Of a stretch of DNA of 64,000 nucleotides, positions 44,323 through 54,294 are shown piece after piece (the first letter of the stretch is position 1; each line of letters begins with the position of its first letter). This DNA is from a virus. Location of the stretch: the IMG/VR virus record IMGVR_UViG_3300028177_000003, positions 25,530 through 89,529 of that record. One strand, given 5' to 3'. Below the pieces are notes generated by a model. The model searched no databases and was not told the origin of the DNA. It saw only the letters and a list, made by a program, of their open reading frames with translations. Position numbers and translations under genes: made by a program.

Positions 44323-45432
44323 CTACTCGCCTCGGACCTTGAGGATAGTGGCAACCAGACCCACTTCCTGCCCCGCCTCGTTCTTCTGGAACTTCCGGAG
44401 CTTGCTGGCGCCGACGATCTTGAGCGTCTGGCTGGCGTACTTGCGGAGGTTGGCCATGTTCTGCTGGGCCAGACCCTGAGCGTCGAGGTCTCCGAAGGGA
44501 GACCAGGGGTCCGGAGCTGTGCCCTTCACGGTCCCACGCTGCGGGCCCAGCTTGTTGGCGAAGCCTGCAGCGGCGTCCTTGACGGACTTCCGGGGAGCGT
44601 TGGCGGACTTCGAAGTGGCCGGGCGCTCGGTACGTCCAGCCTCAGCGCGAGACGCCTTCACAGCCCCGTCCGCTGCGATGTCGTAGACGGTGTCGGGCAG
44701 GATCTCTCCGGCGTTGCCGATGACCTCGTACTCGTTCACCCGCATCTTCTGGTTGCTGGAGTCCACGGCAACCACGTCCTTGGGGTGCACACGGCAGACC
44801 ACGACACGGTGTCCCCGACTTCCGTAGCCCTGGTTGAAGCCCTGGGCGAAGCTCATGTTCCCCAGGTGGTAGCCGGTGTGGCAGGGGACGTGGTACTGGT
44901 CGGAAACCAGGTTGCGCGGCATCCAAGGCTTCTGCCCCGGCGTGTTGTCCACGTACTTGCCGTCGATGTCCGCGTGGAAGCTCTGGTACTTGCTATCCAC
45001 GCCCTTGTAGCAGATGATGTAGCCGTCAGTGTCGAGGCAGATGCCCTGCTGGTTGAGGAAGGGCCACAGCTGCTCGACCGAGTTGTAGCTCGGGTTCTCC
45101 ATGAGCATTTCCCAGAACTTCATGAGAACGGTCGGGTCGTCGCCCCGCGCCGCCATCTTGAGCATCCGGCTGTTCAGGTCCGCCGGAAGCTTCTGGTTCC
45201 GGAAGAACATGTGGTTGTCGCGGAAGGTGAAGTGCCCCTGGGCCCACTTTTCCAGTGCCAGCCCCTTCGAGAAGAGCGCCGGGAGATCTTCCCAACGCGC
45301 CGACAGGACAGCGTCCCGTGCCGGTTCGTAGTTCGGGTCCCCTGTCTTCACGGTGTAGGTCTCCCCTTGGAGGATGACCGTGACAGATTCGTTGGTGATT
45401 GTGTAGGGGGGAGTGCGAGGAGTGCGAGCCAT
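44323..45432 (-). CDS. rIIB: rIIB-like protein
   Basis: F..LMENPS..VEQLWPFL..DG.IICYKGV..MPR..V..C.TGYH..VHPKDVVAV..KMRV..YEV. Confidence 0.85.
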   Translation of the reverse strand: MARTPRTPPYTITNESVTVILQGETYTVKTGDPNYEPARDAVLSARWEDLPALFSKGLALEKWAQGHFTFRDNHMFFRNQKLPADLNSRMLKMAARGDDPTVLMKFWEMLMENPSYNSVEQLWPFLNQQGICLDTDGYIICYKGVDSKYQSFHADIDGKYVDNTPGQKPWMPRNLVSDQYHVPCHTGYHLGNMSFAQGFNQGYGSRGHRVVVCRVHPKDVVAVDSSNQKMRVNEYEVIGNAGEILPDTVYDIAADGAVKASRAEAGRTERPATSKSANAPRKSVKDAAAGFANKLGPQRGTVKGTAPDPWSPFGDLDAQGLAQQNMANLRKYASQTLKIVGASKLRKFQKNEAGQEVGLVATILKVRGE

Positions 45433-45437
45433 GGTGT

Positions 45438-48083
45438 CTATCCCTTCTCGATGAGATTGACGTACTGGACCCAGTGGTCCCGCTGCGTCTTGTCTCTGAA
45501 CAGCCCCATCCCGTAGGAGTTGTGCCCCAGAAGAGGGAATCGTTCAGTGATTCGCTGGAGTGCGACCTCGGGGCCAGTACCTCCTGCGAGGTTGATTACC
45601 GTACCCAGAATATCAAGAACCCCGCGCTTGGCGGCAACCTGCTGGGACAACTTATTCGCGTCCAGCCACCTGTTGTAGTACTGCACCAGGCTGTGGAGAC
45701 CGTGGAAGTGGGAGTTGAGAAACTCCCGAGTCTTCTTCGGGCTCGTCTTCGGGCTCTGCCAGCGGCAGTCAAGGGACACGTCCCCCCAGGCCATGGCCTG
45801 CCAGAGCGCCTGCACCTCGGGGCTCAGGTTGTATGCCTCCCGCAGGATCTTCTGTTCCCACTCCAGGTACGGAGTCCCCACGACATCCGCAGGGAGGGTC
45901 GGTTCGCCCTGAGTGGTCTTGATGCCGTAGATGGGGGGCATGTCCAGACCGAACAGTTCCTTGAGCACTCGGCGGGTGCGGTCGACCCGCCGATAGAAGA
46001 AGTCCCGGTCCGCCGTTGTGGGGATGAACCGACTCAGAATCACATACACGTCGTCCTGGTCGGGCACCCGCGTGGCGATCTCCCAGTTGTTGGACTTGAC
46101 CGCCCGCTCCGAATACGCTCCTGGAAGCAGCAGGAAGCAGCGCTGGTCGTACTTCTGTTCCTGGGCCATTTCCTGAGCCGAGCGCGGCTTCTGAACAGGG
46201 GCCGTGTAGGGCAGGGTGGACATCCGGAGAACGGGCACTCCGGTAAGGTTGGCCGCAGCCAGACGCTTGGCAAGCTCCTTCTCCGCCTTTTCGACCGTCG
46301 CTCCACTCTGGAGTGCGACCACCATGTCGTTCATCTCGACGTAGCCCCGCCAGGGCTGGGTGGTGTCCCGAACCAAGAGGCGCGTCTCTGCCGAAACCGG
46401 GACTCGCCGCGTGCCAGTGAGGTTGACCGTCTTGATAGTGCGACCCCAGGAGGTTTCCTGCTTCTGGAGTCGGAAGAACTCGGGGACATCCCGCTTCTGG
46501 GGCCGCTCTTCCTTCTTTGCAGCTGCTTCGTCGGAAGCGATGAGCTCGTTTGAGTAGAGGGGCACACCCTTCACCGCGTCCGACGCCCAGGGCTTGAACT
46601 GAGGGGTGAGGGGGATTGAAGTCCGCGTGTAAAAGTCCCGGACTCCGAGACGCCGCTCCCAGTCAGACTTCTTCGGGTCATTCACCACCTGCTTTAGCTC
46701 ATCACGGGCGTCCTCGAACAAAGCAATGAACCGGGCGACGAGAGCGTCCCTGGTACGCTGGGTGTACTCCAAGCCCTCCCGGCTGGCCACCACAGCCACT
46801 TCGCCGATACGGCAGTACAACCCGCCCTTCAGGGCCGTCAAGCCTTCGCTGACCCCTGCGTCCTCCAGAGCCTGTCGGACATGCACCACCTCCATGGGGT
46901 ATGGAACACACCCCATGACCACAACCCAGTCGTCCTCGTACCTGGAATTTCTGTCCCGGGTCATCAAGAACCCGTTGGCAGACTCCCACGAGGGCACTGG
47001 CGGCTTGAGATCAATGTTGATGTCGGGGAGAGGCTTGAAGTAGCGGTAGAGCTTGCGTGCCTCTTCGTGGAACTCCGGGATATCTCCCGGGTTCACTGGG
47101 ACCTTGACCTCAAGCCCAGTCTCGGCATCGGGAGCGTTCCGCTGCAACCACGCCTCAAACCGGGCAAGCCGGGAAGGGTGCTCCCCAGACAGCAAGACCA
47201 CCTTGTCCGTTTCCTCCGTCTCCTCGTCGTCTCCCATGTAGCCGTACAGGTCGCAGTACTCGTTGTCCACCAGCTCAGAAAGGTCCGCTGTGCTGCCCTC
47301 CGAAAGGAGGAAGTCCCGGATGTACTTCCCCAGGGACGACTCATGGAGTAGAATGAGATCTGCTTCGTCGTCCTCTACCAGAACGGCGTGGTACACTCGC
47401 CGAGTGCCCCCGTGCCAGCTGGTGATAGTGAAGGTGTCGTTGTATGCGTGCCCGCACTTTCCGCCAATGCCGAACGAGCCGACCTCTTCGTCGTCGTCCC
47501 GCTTGGTGCTCTCGCCCAGGACGACGAAGGTAGTGAACACAGAAGGGCCGAGCCGGTCGGATTCCTCCTGCGTCTCGTCGGGGTCGCCCATGCGCAAGCC
47601 CGGACCCCAGTCCCTGACGGTGAACGAGGACTCCAGCTCCGTCGGAAGGGACACCTTGATGGGGAGGTCGGGCTTCCCAGCGGCACGGTGGGCATCCCAC
47701 GCATTGGCCCCGTACTCACGTTCGACAGCGAGCACCTTCCACTTGTACAAGGTGTTCCGAAGGATCCGCATGATGTGACCCTGCGTTCGGGTGCCGATGC
47801 GGAATCGGGCCTTGCGCAGACCGCCCGAGAGCGTGAGGGTTCGGGTTTCGGATTGGGGCTTCACAGCTGCTCCACGGCGGGTCGGAAAGCCCAGGCAAGA
47901 GTAGAGTTCATGGTATTCATTACCGTGTAGAGGGGTTCCGAGCCCCGGTGCGGGGTTCGTTGCAAGAGGGTCAACGACCTGCGTCTTCTTGCAGGTTTCG
48001 CAGAAGGACGACCCACTGACGGGCCTCCTCTTCGGACATGTCGCTGACTCAGGCAAGCACCAGAGGCAATACGTGGATGCCAC
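45438..48083 (-). CDS. rIIA: rIIA-like protein (GHKL ATPase); true start may be GTG 47864
   Basis: LY......REYGANAWDAH, VRDWGPG, ESTKR, GSFGIGGK; directly upstream of rIIB. Confidence 0.88.
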   Translation of the reverse strand: MASTYCLWCLPESATCPKRRPVSGSSFCETCKKTQVVDPLATNPAPGLGTPLHGNEYHELYSCLGFPTRRGAAVKPQSETRTLTLSGGLRKARFRIGTRTQGHIMRILRNTLYKWKVLAVEREYGANAWDAHRAAGKPDLPIKVSLPTELESSFTVRDWGPGLRMGDPDETQEESDRLGPSVFTTFVVLGESTKRDDDEEVGSFGIGGKCGHAYNDTFTITSWHGGTRRVYHAVLVEDDEADLILLHESSLGKYIRDFLLSEGSTADLSELVDNEYCDLYGYMGDDEETEETDKVVLLSGEHPSRLARFEAWLQRNAPDAETGLEVKVPVNPGDIPEFHEEARKLYRYFKPLPDINIDLKPPVPSWESANGFLMTRDRNSRYEDDWVVVMGCVPYPMEVVHVRQALEDAGVSEGLTALKGGLYCRIGEVAVVASREGLEYTQRTRDALVARFIALFEDARDELKQVVNDPKKSDWERRLGVRDFYTRTSIPLTPQFKPWASDAVKGVPLYSNELIASDEAAAKKEERPQKRDVPEFFRLQKQETSWGRTIKTVNLTGTRRVPVSAETRLLVRDTTQPWRGYVEMNDMVVALQSGATVEKAEKELAKRLAAANLTGVPVLRMSTLPYTAPVQKPRSAQEMAQEQKYDQRCFLLLPGAYSERAVKSNNWEIATRVPDQDDVYVILSRFIPTTADRDFFYRRVDRTRRVLKELFGLDMPPIYGIKTTQGEPTLPADVVGTPYLEWEQKILREAYNLSPEVQALWQAMAWGDVSLDCRWQSPKTSPKKTREFLNSHFHGLHSLVQYYNRWLDANKLSQQVAAKRGVLDILGTVINLAGGTGPEVALQRITERFPLLGHNSYGMGLFRDKTQRDHWVQYVNLIEKG

Positions 48084-48191
48084 GGGCTTGCGACAGCATG
48101 TCTTGTAGGACGCGCTTCATGAGCGAGCCCCTGCCACCGACTTGCGATCCGAGATGCGGTCGTAGCTCATCCGGTTCCTCCTACGCAGGTG

Positions 48192-48219
48192 TTACGCCCT
48201 GTGCCGGAGGAGGGAAGCC
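48192..48219 (-). promoter_or_regulatory. Class A promoter-like motif
   Basis: GGCTTCCC-N13-GGCGTAA upstream of the rII operon. Confidence 0.55.
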
Positions 48220-48241
48220 TTCCCTACGTTCTTTCTATCCG

Positions 48242-49291
48242 CTAATCGCGGAACTGCTCCTTCAAGCCCAGCTTCTCAGCCAGGGCGAGGAACTCGTCGT
48301 TGTGAGGCTTGCCGCCGACTAAAGACACCCCGATGTGAATGCACTCGTGAAGCACGACCTGCTCGAGGTAGCCTTGCTTCTTGCCTGCTTCGGGAGAGAT
48401 GGAGACAATGGTGTACGGGCGTCGGTCAGTCGGGGGTTCGGTCAGACCGATGGTGCCGGGCTTCAGGCGCACGTTCGAAAACGCTGCCTGGATTGAGCTG
48501 GGTCGGTGAGCGCCGAGAGTCTCGCCAGTCAGTTCTACACGTGCGGCCAGAACTCGCTTCATGGTCTGGTCTACCATGGGCTGGAGCACCTTCACCGAAG
48601 CTCTCGCCCGAAGCTCGAGGTTTCGCAACGACTTCTCCCACGGGAGCCCCGTCGACTGCAAGAACGCTCCTGCTCGGTAAGCCCACGCAAAAGTCCGAGC
48701 CCAGTGGTTGGGGATGCGAGATGCCGTCTCCGCTACCTCGGGTCGCTCAGAATAGACCTGCACACCCAGGTTCCAGAAGTTGTCGTGCGGGATTACTCGG
48801 CAGTCTACTACAGTCTGGTCGCCCAGAGGCTCTGGCACCACGTACTGCACCCCGCCCCCGTATGTTCGGAACGCGGCAGAGAGCGTAGTAGAAGCAAGCT
48901 CGAAACAGAGGTTCTCAAACCCGTCGATCCTCTCGTGCCAGTAGGTGCGTGAGGAGTTCCAGTGGGTCAGACCTTCACGCACTGCAACCGAGGTAGCTGT
49001 CGGCGGTTGGATGTCCTCGAGGACACCCCGATCCACCATGAAGTCCTTCGGGGAGCCGTGGTACTTGCCCCCTTCCAGGACGACCTCGTAGCCTGCCACT
49101 TCCCCCAGTCTGAGCACCACCCCTGTGACCTGAACGAGTTTGCCCTGTAGAGCCTGCAGCTCGCCGCCCGCGACTGGGGAGACCTCCACCGAGCGCCCTA
49201 CAATGCTGTGGTCCTTGGTGAAGTCCTCTGAAATGTCGGCTTCCAGAGGAACATCCCGGTCCCCGATGCTCAGAGAGGTTGCTGTTTTCAT
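48242..49291 (-). CDS. protein with C-terminal SprT-like zinc metalloprotease domain
   Basis: VVLHECIH..PHNDEF. Confidence 0.7.
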   Translation of the reverse strand: MKTATSLSIGDRDVPLEADISEDFTKDHSIVGRSVEVSPVAGGELQALQGKLVQVTGVVLRLGEVAGYEVVLEGGKYHGSPKDFMVDRGVLEDIQPPTATSVAVREGLTHWNSSRTYWHERIDGFENLCFELASTTLSAAFRTYGGGVQYVVPEPLGDQTVVDCRVIPHDNFWNLGVQVYSERPEVAETASRIPNHWARTFAWAYRAGAFLQSTGLPWEKSLRNLELRARASVKVLQPMVDQTMKRVLAARVELTGETLGAHRPSSIQAAFSNVRLKPGTIGLTEPPTDRRPYTIVSISPEAGKKQGYLEQVVLHECIHIGVSLVGGKPHNDEFLALAEKLGLKEQFRD

Positions 49292-49650
49292 CGTACACCG
49301 ATGAGGGTAAGGCGGGTGTCAACCAGCGCCCGAGCGAAGGCGCTCTCGTAGATGTACATGATTGGCTTCATGACCCGAATCCCGCCTTGGATAGAACCGT
49401 ATGCCGGAGAGAAGGAGATAATCTCCGCCGTCCGGTCTGGGTGGACCTCTACCTCCGCCAAGAACCACAGAGGCAGGGTGTCCCGAGAAACATCCGGGTT
49501 GAGATCCATACGCCCTCGAGCGCGGACAACCACAGGCTCGTCCCCCAGAACCACCAGTGAAGGCGCAGTCCAGAAGACCTCCACCACCATCCGAACAGGG
49601 ACTGTCCGAATCGTCTTTCGGCCCGCAGTGCGTGATAGGGGGAGAGACAT
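49288..49650 (-). CDS. hypothetical protein
   Basis: 120-aa ORF downstream of class B motif at 49665..49679. Confidence 0.55.
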   Translation of the reverse strand: MSLPLSRTAGRKTIRTVPVRMVVEVFWTAPSLVVLGDEPVVVRARGRMDLNPDVSRDTLPLWFLAEVEVHPDRTAEIISFSPAYGSIQGGIRVMKPIMYIYESAFARALVDTRLTLIGVR

Positions 49651-49681
49651 TGACCCTATCGCAAGATAGCCCTCCTACCGA

Positions 49682-50002
49682 CTACTGCTTCTTCTTGGTG
49701 TGGGGGTCCCGGAACCCTCTGCTCTTCTGGATGTAGCGGACTGGAGACGCGCTGCGGGAGACTACCAGTCTGCCATTCCTCATGAGGTAGGGGCAGGTGC
49801 GGCACTTACTCATGTCCATCTCCAGAAGCCCGCACACCTGTTCCCAGACCCGCACCTTCTGGTAGATGTGGTTTGACTCGTTCTCACGAACGTCCTCTGC
49901 CGTCCCATGCACGACGATGTGAATAGGAGGCCAGTGTTGCGCGTTCTGGCAAGTGTAGACCTCCCCTTCCTCCTCCACGGGCTTGAAGTTGTGTCGACCC
50001 AC
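49682..50002 (-). CDS. hypothetical protein
   Basis: 106-aa Cys-containing ORF. Confidence 0.55.
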   Translation of the reverse strand: MGRHNFKPVEEEGEVYTCQNAQHWPPIHIVVHGTAEDVRENESNHIYQKVRVWEQVCGLLEMDMSKCRTCPYLMRNGRLVVSRSASPVRYIQKSRGFRDPHTKKKQ

Positions 50003-50004
50003 GA

Positions 50005-52815
50005 CTACAAGCCCCTGAAAGCGGCCAGTGTTCGAAACTCGCCCACCGCCACCTTGACTGCTCCGCCGAGAAGGTCGTTGCCGTGCTCGTCCTGAACCAC
50101 CAGGAGGTCGGTCCCCTTCCCTTTGCAGTACGCAATGACCTCGGCAAGGTGCTCGGCGTTGCCGGGGGTCAGAAGGTGAGTGGGCACCCGGTACACGAAC
50201 TTCTCTCCGTCCTTCTCCGCAGGGCGGATCTTCCGTTCGTAGGTCTCGGCGTGTACGGGTTCGATCCCTGCCTGCTCCCCCGTGAGCATCTTCGGCGGGG
50301 GTGTGTCAGACGGCTTGTCAGAGGTGACCGTCTCTGCAGGCAGGTTCGGCTGGGGTGTTAAGGGTGCGGGAACAGCCACACCGTTTTCCGCGACCGGGGT
50401 GCCCCCGCACTCCAGGTAGAGGCTGTAGTAGGTCGAGAACATCGCAGCGTACTCAGCCGTCCACGCGCCCCCACCCTTGTTGTGGGCCATCTCGGTGAGG
50501 TTGTTCTTCACCGTCCAGTCGGGGCCGAACTCAATGTCGACCTTGAGGGGGATCATCCAGCCCAGGTTCTTCACGGTGTCCACGCACATGATGTGCTCAA
50601 TCACCGGGATCGCCTCGCCCACGACGCTCTCGTGGATCTCGAAAACAAGCTCGTCGTGAATGGTGATGGTCATCATGACCAGGTCGGGAAGCCCCTGGCC
50701 TCTATCGATCCAGCCCCGCTTCTTGAACTCTCGGTACAGGAGACCCATGGCCAGCTTGATGATGTCCGCGCTGGAGCCCTGCACAGGGCCGTTGACCGAG
50801 TTGCGTTCCGCCTTGCTGCGGAACATGCCAAACTCGTGGTCGATGTCCGGGACGGGGTACTTCCGCCCAAACGCCGTCGACACATACTTCTGCTTCTTGG
50901 CCAGCTGGTGCTGTAGCTTCCACCACCGACCCAGAGTGCGGTACGTCTTGTCGAACTGGTTCTTGATCCGCCAGCCTTCTTCCTTGTCGCACCCAGTGGA
51001 CCGCTGGACCGCGTTGCCCGAGCCTCCGTAGCAGAGAAGGAAGTTGACGATCTTGCCGACCTGCCGCTTCTGCTTGTCAACGGAACCGTAGATCCCCAGG
51101 GCGGTGAGTGTGTGGAGATCGCCGATCTTGTCCGACCCGCAGTGCGGGCAGAACGGCGGGGGCAGAACCCCGCGCTCAAACTCGTGATCGCACCCTGAAC
51201 AGTGAAAGAACTCGGCCAGCCACTTCGGCTCGCCGGAGAGGTTGGTCGCGATGCGAAGCTCAACACCACTGTAGTCGATAGCGAACAGAACGTAGCCGGG
51301 CCGGGCCGAGATGCATTCGCGCTGACGCCGAGCGCACTCCGGCTTCGACTTGTCGTAGGTCGCCGTTGTGGACTGAACGTTCCAGTTCACCTGCCCGTGG
51401 AAGTCGTTCTTGTCCGAAGGGGTTGGGGTGGAAAACCGTCCGGTGTCCGTCTTGAGCCCGTTGAAGTTGGCCCAGACGCAACCGTCTGGAGCGCGCTCAG
51501 GGGAAGAGTCCTGGTAGATGTTGCACAGAGTCGTGCCCAGCGACTTCGAGATCTCCCGGAACCGCTTCACGTTCTTCATCCAGGGGAACTGGTCCCCCGC
51601 CTTCTCCACCACGGCATCAAGCACATCCTTGGAGGTCTTGACCTGGCCGGACTTCTCGGTAGGCACAAGGCCCCGCACACCGACCTCGCGCAACAGCATC
51701 CCCAGCTGCGCGGGCACCGTGATGTCGTACTCCGCGAGGAACGGCACCGTCTCGCGGACCTTGGGGTCCACCAGAGACGGCACTGACTTGGGAAGGGTGC
51801 TGAGCGCCTCGTGCTTGGTCGAGCGCTGAGCAACCTCCCGGACCTCCATGTACCCAGGCTCAATCACAGCCGGGTCGAAGATCTTCTCCATCTCGCGGAC
51901 CCAGCCGGGGCGCACGTCCCTACTGAGAGCCTTGCTCACATCGGTGTAGACGATGTTGATGCACTCCCACCACTCCTTCTGGCCCAGCTGGATCAACTCA
52001 ATCAGCTTCGCCCGGTCGATGTGGATCCGACACTGCTCCATCCACCGAGTCGCCGTGTTGGCGATCTTCTCAACCGTGTAGATGGTCCGCTGACTGTTGC
52101 CAAACTTGTCCTTGTTGACGACGACCGGGTGCAGCAACAGGAACAACGAGAGCGTGTTCATGGCGTCCGCTGCGGCGTACCAGACCACCGGCTCCCAGGT
52201 AGGATCCAGTAGAGAGAAGTCCTTGCGGATCTTCTTGCCCTTCTCCTTCAGAAAGAGGTCGGCCAGCTCAATCATCTCGCGGCCGAGGTCCTCCTTGGAG
52301 AGGTACTTCAGGCCCTTCTGACGCTGACGGCTATTTCTCAGGTAGGCAAGGATCCAGGTGTCCTCCCACGACTTCGGGTCGTCCCACTTGCCGGCTTCTC
52401 CGGCTGGCTCGTACTGCAGGAACTTCTGGTCGAACTTCGCATTGTGGAAGACCGCGATAGCCCCGCCCGCCTGGATCTTGTTGATCATCGCCACGGCGAG
52501 GCGCGGAGGGACGTTCGCTTCTGCCCCCTTCTCCTTGTGGCGCATCGGGACATAGTAGCCCCGGTCAACAGTGGGTGCCAGACACATCCCGACGATCTTG
52601 TCTACTGTCTCCAGGGTCCCCTGGTCCGTAGGGAATGCTCGCTGGTCAAGCCCGGATGTCTCCAGGTCCAGACCGTAGTGGCCTGCCGCGATGCACTCCT
52701 CGGCGATGCGGTCCAGCATCTCGGGGCCGGCAAGGATGAACTCCTTGCCCTTCATCCACACCTTTTGCTCTACGGTGGGTTTGGCGAGCTCGCTCAACTG
52801 GTCCAGAATGTCCAC
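50005..52815 (-). CDS. polA: family A DNA polymerase with 3'-5' exonuclease
   Basis: DLETSGL, HNAKFD, YAAAD (Exo I-III); TGRFS; DYSGVELRI (A); RQVGKIVNF..YG (B); IHDEL (C). Confidence 0.96.
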   Translation of the reverse strand: MDILDQLSELAKPTVEQKVWMKGKEFILAGPEMLDRIAEECIAAGHYGLDLETSGLDQRAFPTDQGTLETVDKIVGMCLAPTVDRGYYVPMRHKEKGAEANVPPRLAVAMINKIQAGGAIAVFHNAKFDQKFLQYEPAGEAGKWDDPKSWEDTWILAYLRNSRQRQKGLKYLSKEDLGREMIELADLFLKEKGKKIRKDFSLLDPTWEPVVWYAAADAMNTLSLFLLLHPVVVNKDKFGNSQRTIYTVEKIANTATRWMEQCRIHIDRAKLIELIQLGQKEWWECINIVYTDVSKALSRDVRPGWVREMEKIFDPAVIEPGYMEVREVAQRSTKHEALSTLPKSVPSLVDPKVRETVPFLAEYDITVPAQLGMLLREVGVRGLVPTEKSGQVKTSKDVLDAVVEKAGDQFPWMKNVKRFREISKSLGTTLCNIYQDSSPERAPDGCVWANFNGLKTDTGRFSTPTPSDKNDFHGQVNWNVQSTTATYDKSKPECARRQRECISARPGYVLFAIDYSGVELRIATNLSGEPKWLAEFFHCSGCDHEFERGVLPPPFCPHCGSDKIGDLHTLTALGIYGSVDKQKRQVGKIVNFLLCYGGSGNAVQRSTGCDKEEGWRIKNQFDKTYRTLGRWWKLQHQLAKKQKYVSTAFGRKYPVPDIDHEFGMFRSKAERNSVNGPVQGSSADIIKLAMGLLYREFKKRGWIDRGQGLPDLVMMTITIHDELVFEIHESVVGEAIPVIEHIMCVDTVKNLGWMIPLKVDIEFGPDWTVKNNLTEMAHNKGGGAWTAEYAAMFSTYYSLYLECGGTPVAENGVAVPAPLTPQPNLPAETVTSDKPSDTPPPKMLTGEQAGIEPVHAETYERKIRPAEKDGEKFVYRVPTHLLTPGNAEHLAEVIAYCKGKGTDLLVVQDEHGNDLLGGAVKVAVGEFRTLAAFRGL

Positions 52816-53178
52816 TTACGCCTCTACGAAGATCCAGCCCTCAAGCCTGAGGTGATCGTCAGCCCAGGCGATAGCTTCCTCGTCCGATCGCTTACCGGGC
52901 AAGAACAAGACCGGCTCCCCCTGGGGGATTTTCAGCTCCCAGCCGTTGGGGTCGCGTCCGGACTTCTTCACGTACACCAGGGACACAATGGGATGTTCAG
53001 TCAGAGAAAGAGAACGCAGGTACTGCCTGCGGATGCGGGTGCTCGGACCTACCGGCATGTCGTTCCGAACCCACGGGTCCAGTACGTGGCGTAGACGCTT
53101 TGCCAAGTCCACCAGGCCCTGGGCGTCCGGGTTGTCGCTCATACGTCCTCCTGAAAACAAGATACCCTCACCCTTCAT
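52816..53178 (-). CDS. hypothetical protein
   Basis: ORF in replication operon; likely start MSDNP with AGGAGG RBS. Confidence 0.6.
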   Translation of the reverse strand: MKGEGILFSGGRMSDNPDAQGLVDLAKRLRHVLDPWVRNDMPVGPSTRIRRQYLRSLSLTEHPIVSLVYVKKSGRDPNGWELKIPQGEPVLFLPGKRSDEEAIAWADDHLRLEGWIFVEA

Positions 53179-53767
53179 CCTGAGGTGGGTGCAAGGCCTC
53201 CTTGGCTCGCTGTAGGACCTTATGTGAGAGGCGCACCACCGCCGCTGCCTCCCCGCCGTCTCGGTGCAAAGCGGCCACCCGGTCGTGGGCTTCCCAGAGC
53301 CCTGCGCACTTCTGAGGTGTCAGAGATCGTTCCCGGGTGAGGTTGTCGACGAACCGGGCCACTCGCTCCAGGGCCTGCTCAGGCAACTCCGTGCGATCCA
53401 GGGCCTGCTCTACCTCCTCGGCTACAGTGGCCGGTCTCTCGTCAGCTGTGGGGTCCCAGGGCAACGGCTCCAGGTTGTAGCGTTGCTCCAGAACCCGAAC
53501 CGCTTGCCAGAACTCAACCCCCTCCTTCTCCTGGACCAGGGCGACCGCGTCTCGAGATGATCCGCAAGCAAAGCAGAAGAACTGTCCCCCGTCAGGGTAC
53601 ACGCGGGCGCTGGGCTTGGTGTCGTTTCCGTCTCCATGCAGGTCGCAGGAGAACTGTTGCTCCCGGTCCTCGCCCCGGCTGTCGACCTGGTACCCGTAGT
53701 CCTCCAGAACCCGAATGAGAGGAATCTCAACGCGAATGCGTTCAGCAGCCTGTTGGGCTCGGCTCAC
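53168..53767 (-). CDS. stand-alone DnaG-type CHC2 zinc-finger protein
   Basis: CDLH..DTKPSA.VY..FFCFACG...DAV.LV..KEG..F..AV; no TOPRIM domain. Confidence 0.85.
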   Translation of the reverse strand: MSRAQQAAERIRVEIPLIRVLEDYGYQVDSRGEDREQQFSCDLHGDGNDTKPSARVYPDGGQFFCFACGSSRDAVALVQEKEGVEFWQAVRVLEQRYNLEPLPWDPTADERPATVAEEVEQALDRTELPEQALERVARFVDNLTRERSLTPQKCAGLWEAHDRVAALHRDGGEAAAVVRLSHKVLQRAKEALHPPQDEG

Positions 53768-54279
53768 TACACAACCTCCACACTGTCAATCAAAAGGGCC
53801 AGAGCGACCGTGCCCTTGTCCTGGTCCTCCAGGTGGTGGAAGACCCCGGCCTTCATCAGAACTCCGATGGTGTCTTCGCCGTGCTGGTCTCGTAGCTTAT
53901 TGGCGTGCAGGACTTGCGCCAGCGCTCCGAGGATCTCCTTGCGAGACATTCGGGGCAGGGTCATCTGAACCCAACGGTCCGAAGGCAAGTGTAGAGCCAG
54001 AGCCTCTGGGCGCACTTGCTTGATCCATTCAAGAGCTTCTTCCGAACCCGACCCGATGAACCCCCACCCGTATTCGCCTGGGGTCGAGCCCTGAACCACC
54101 TTGATCCGAGCCGGAAAAGGCCAGAAGGTATGTAGGGCTTCGCACTCCTGGATACTCTGGGCGAACACCTCGTTGAGATGCCGGTCCATCAACTGCGCGG
54201 CTGCGTTCAAGTTGTTGTGTAGTTGACCTACCCAGTGGGTTTGAAAGGCTTCGTCGAGGATCTGGTAGATAGGTGTCAT
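53767..54279 (-). CDS. hypothetical protein
   Basis: 170-aa ORF. Confidence 0.6.
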   Translation of the reverse strand: MTPIYQILDEAFQTHWVGQLHNNLNAAAQLMDRHLNEVFAQSIQECEALHTFWPFPARIKVVQGSTPGEYGWGFIGSGSEEALEWIKQVRPEALALHLPSDRWVQMTLPRMSRKEILGALAQVLHANKLRDQHGEDTIGVLMKAGVFHHLEDQDKGTVALALLIDSVEVV

Positions 54280-54294
54280 GATTCCTGTTACCGC

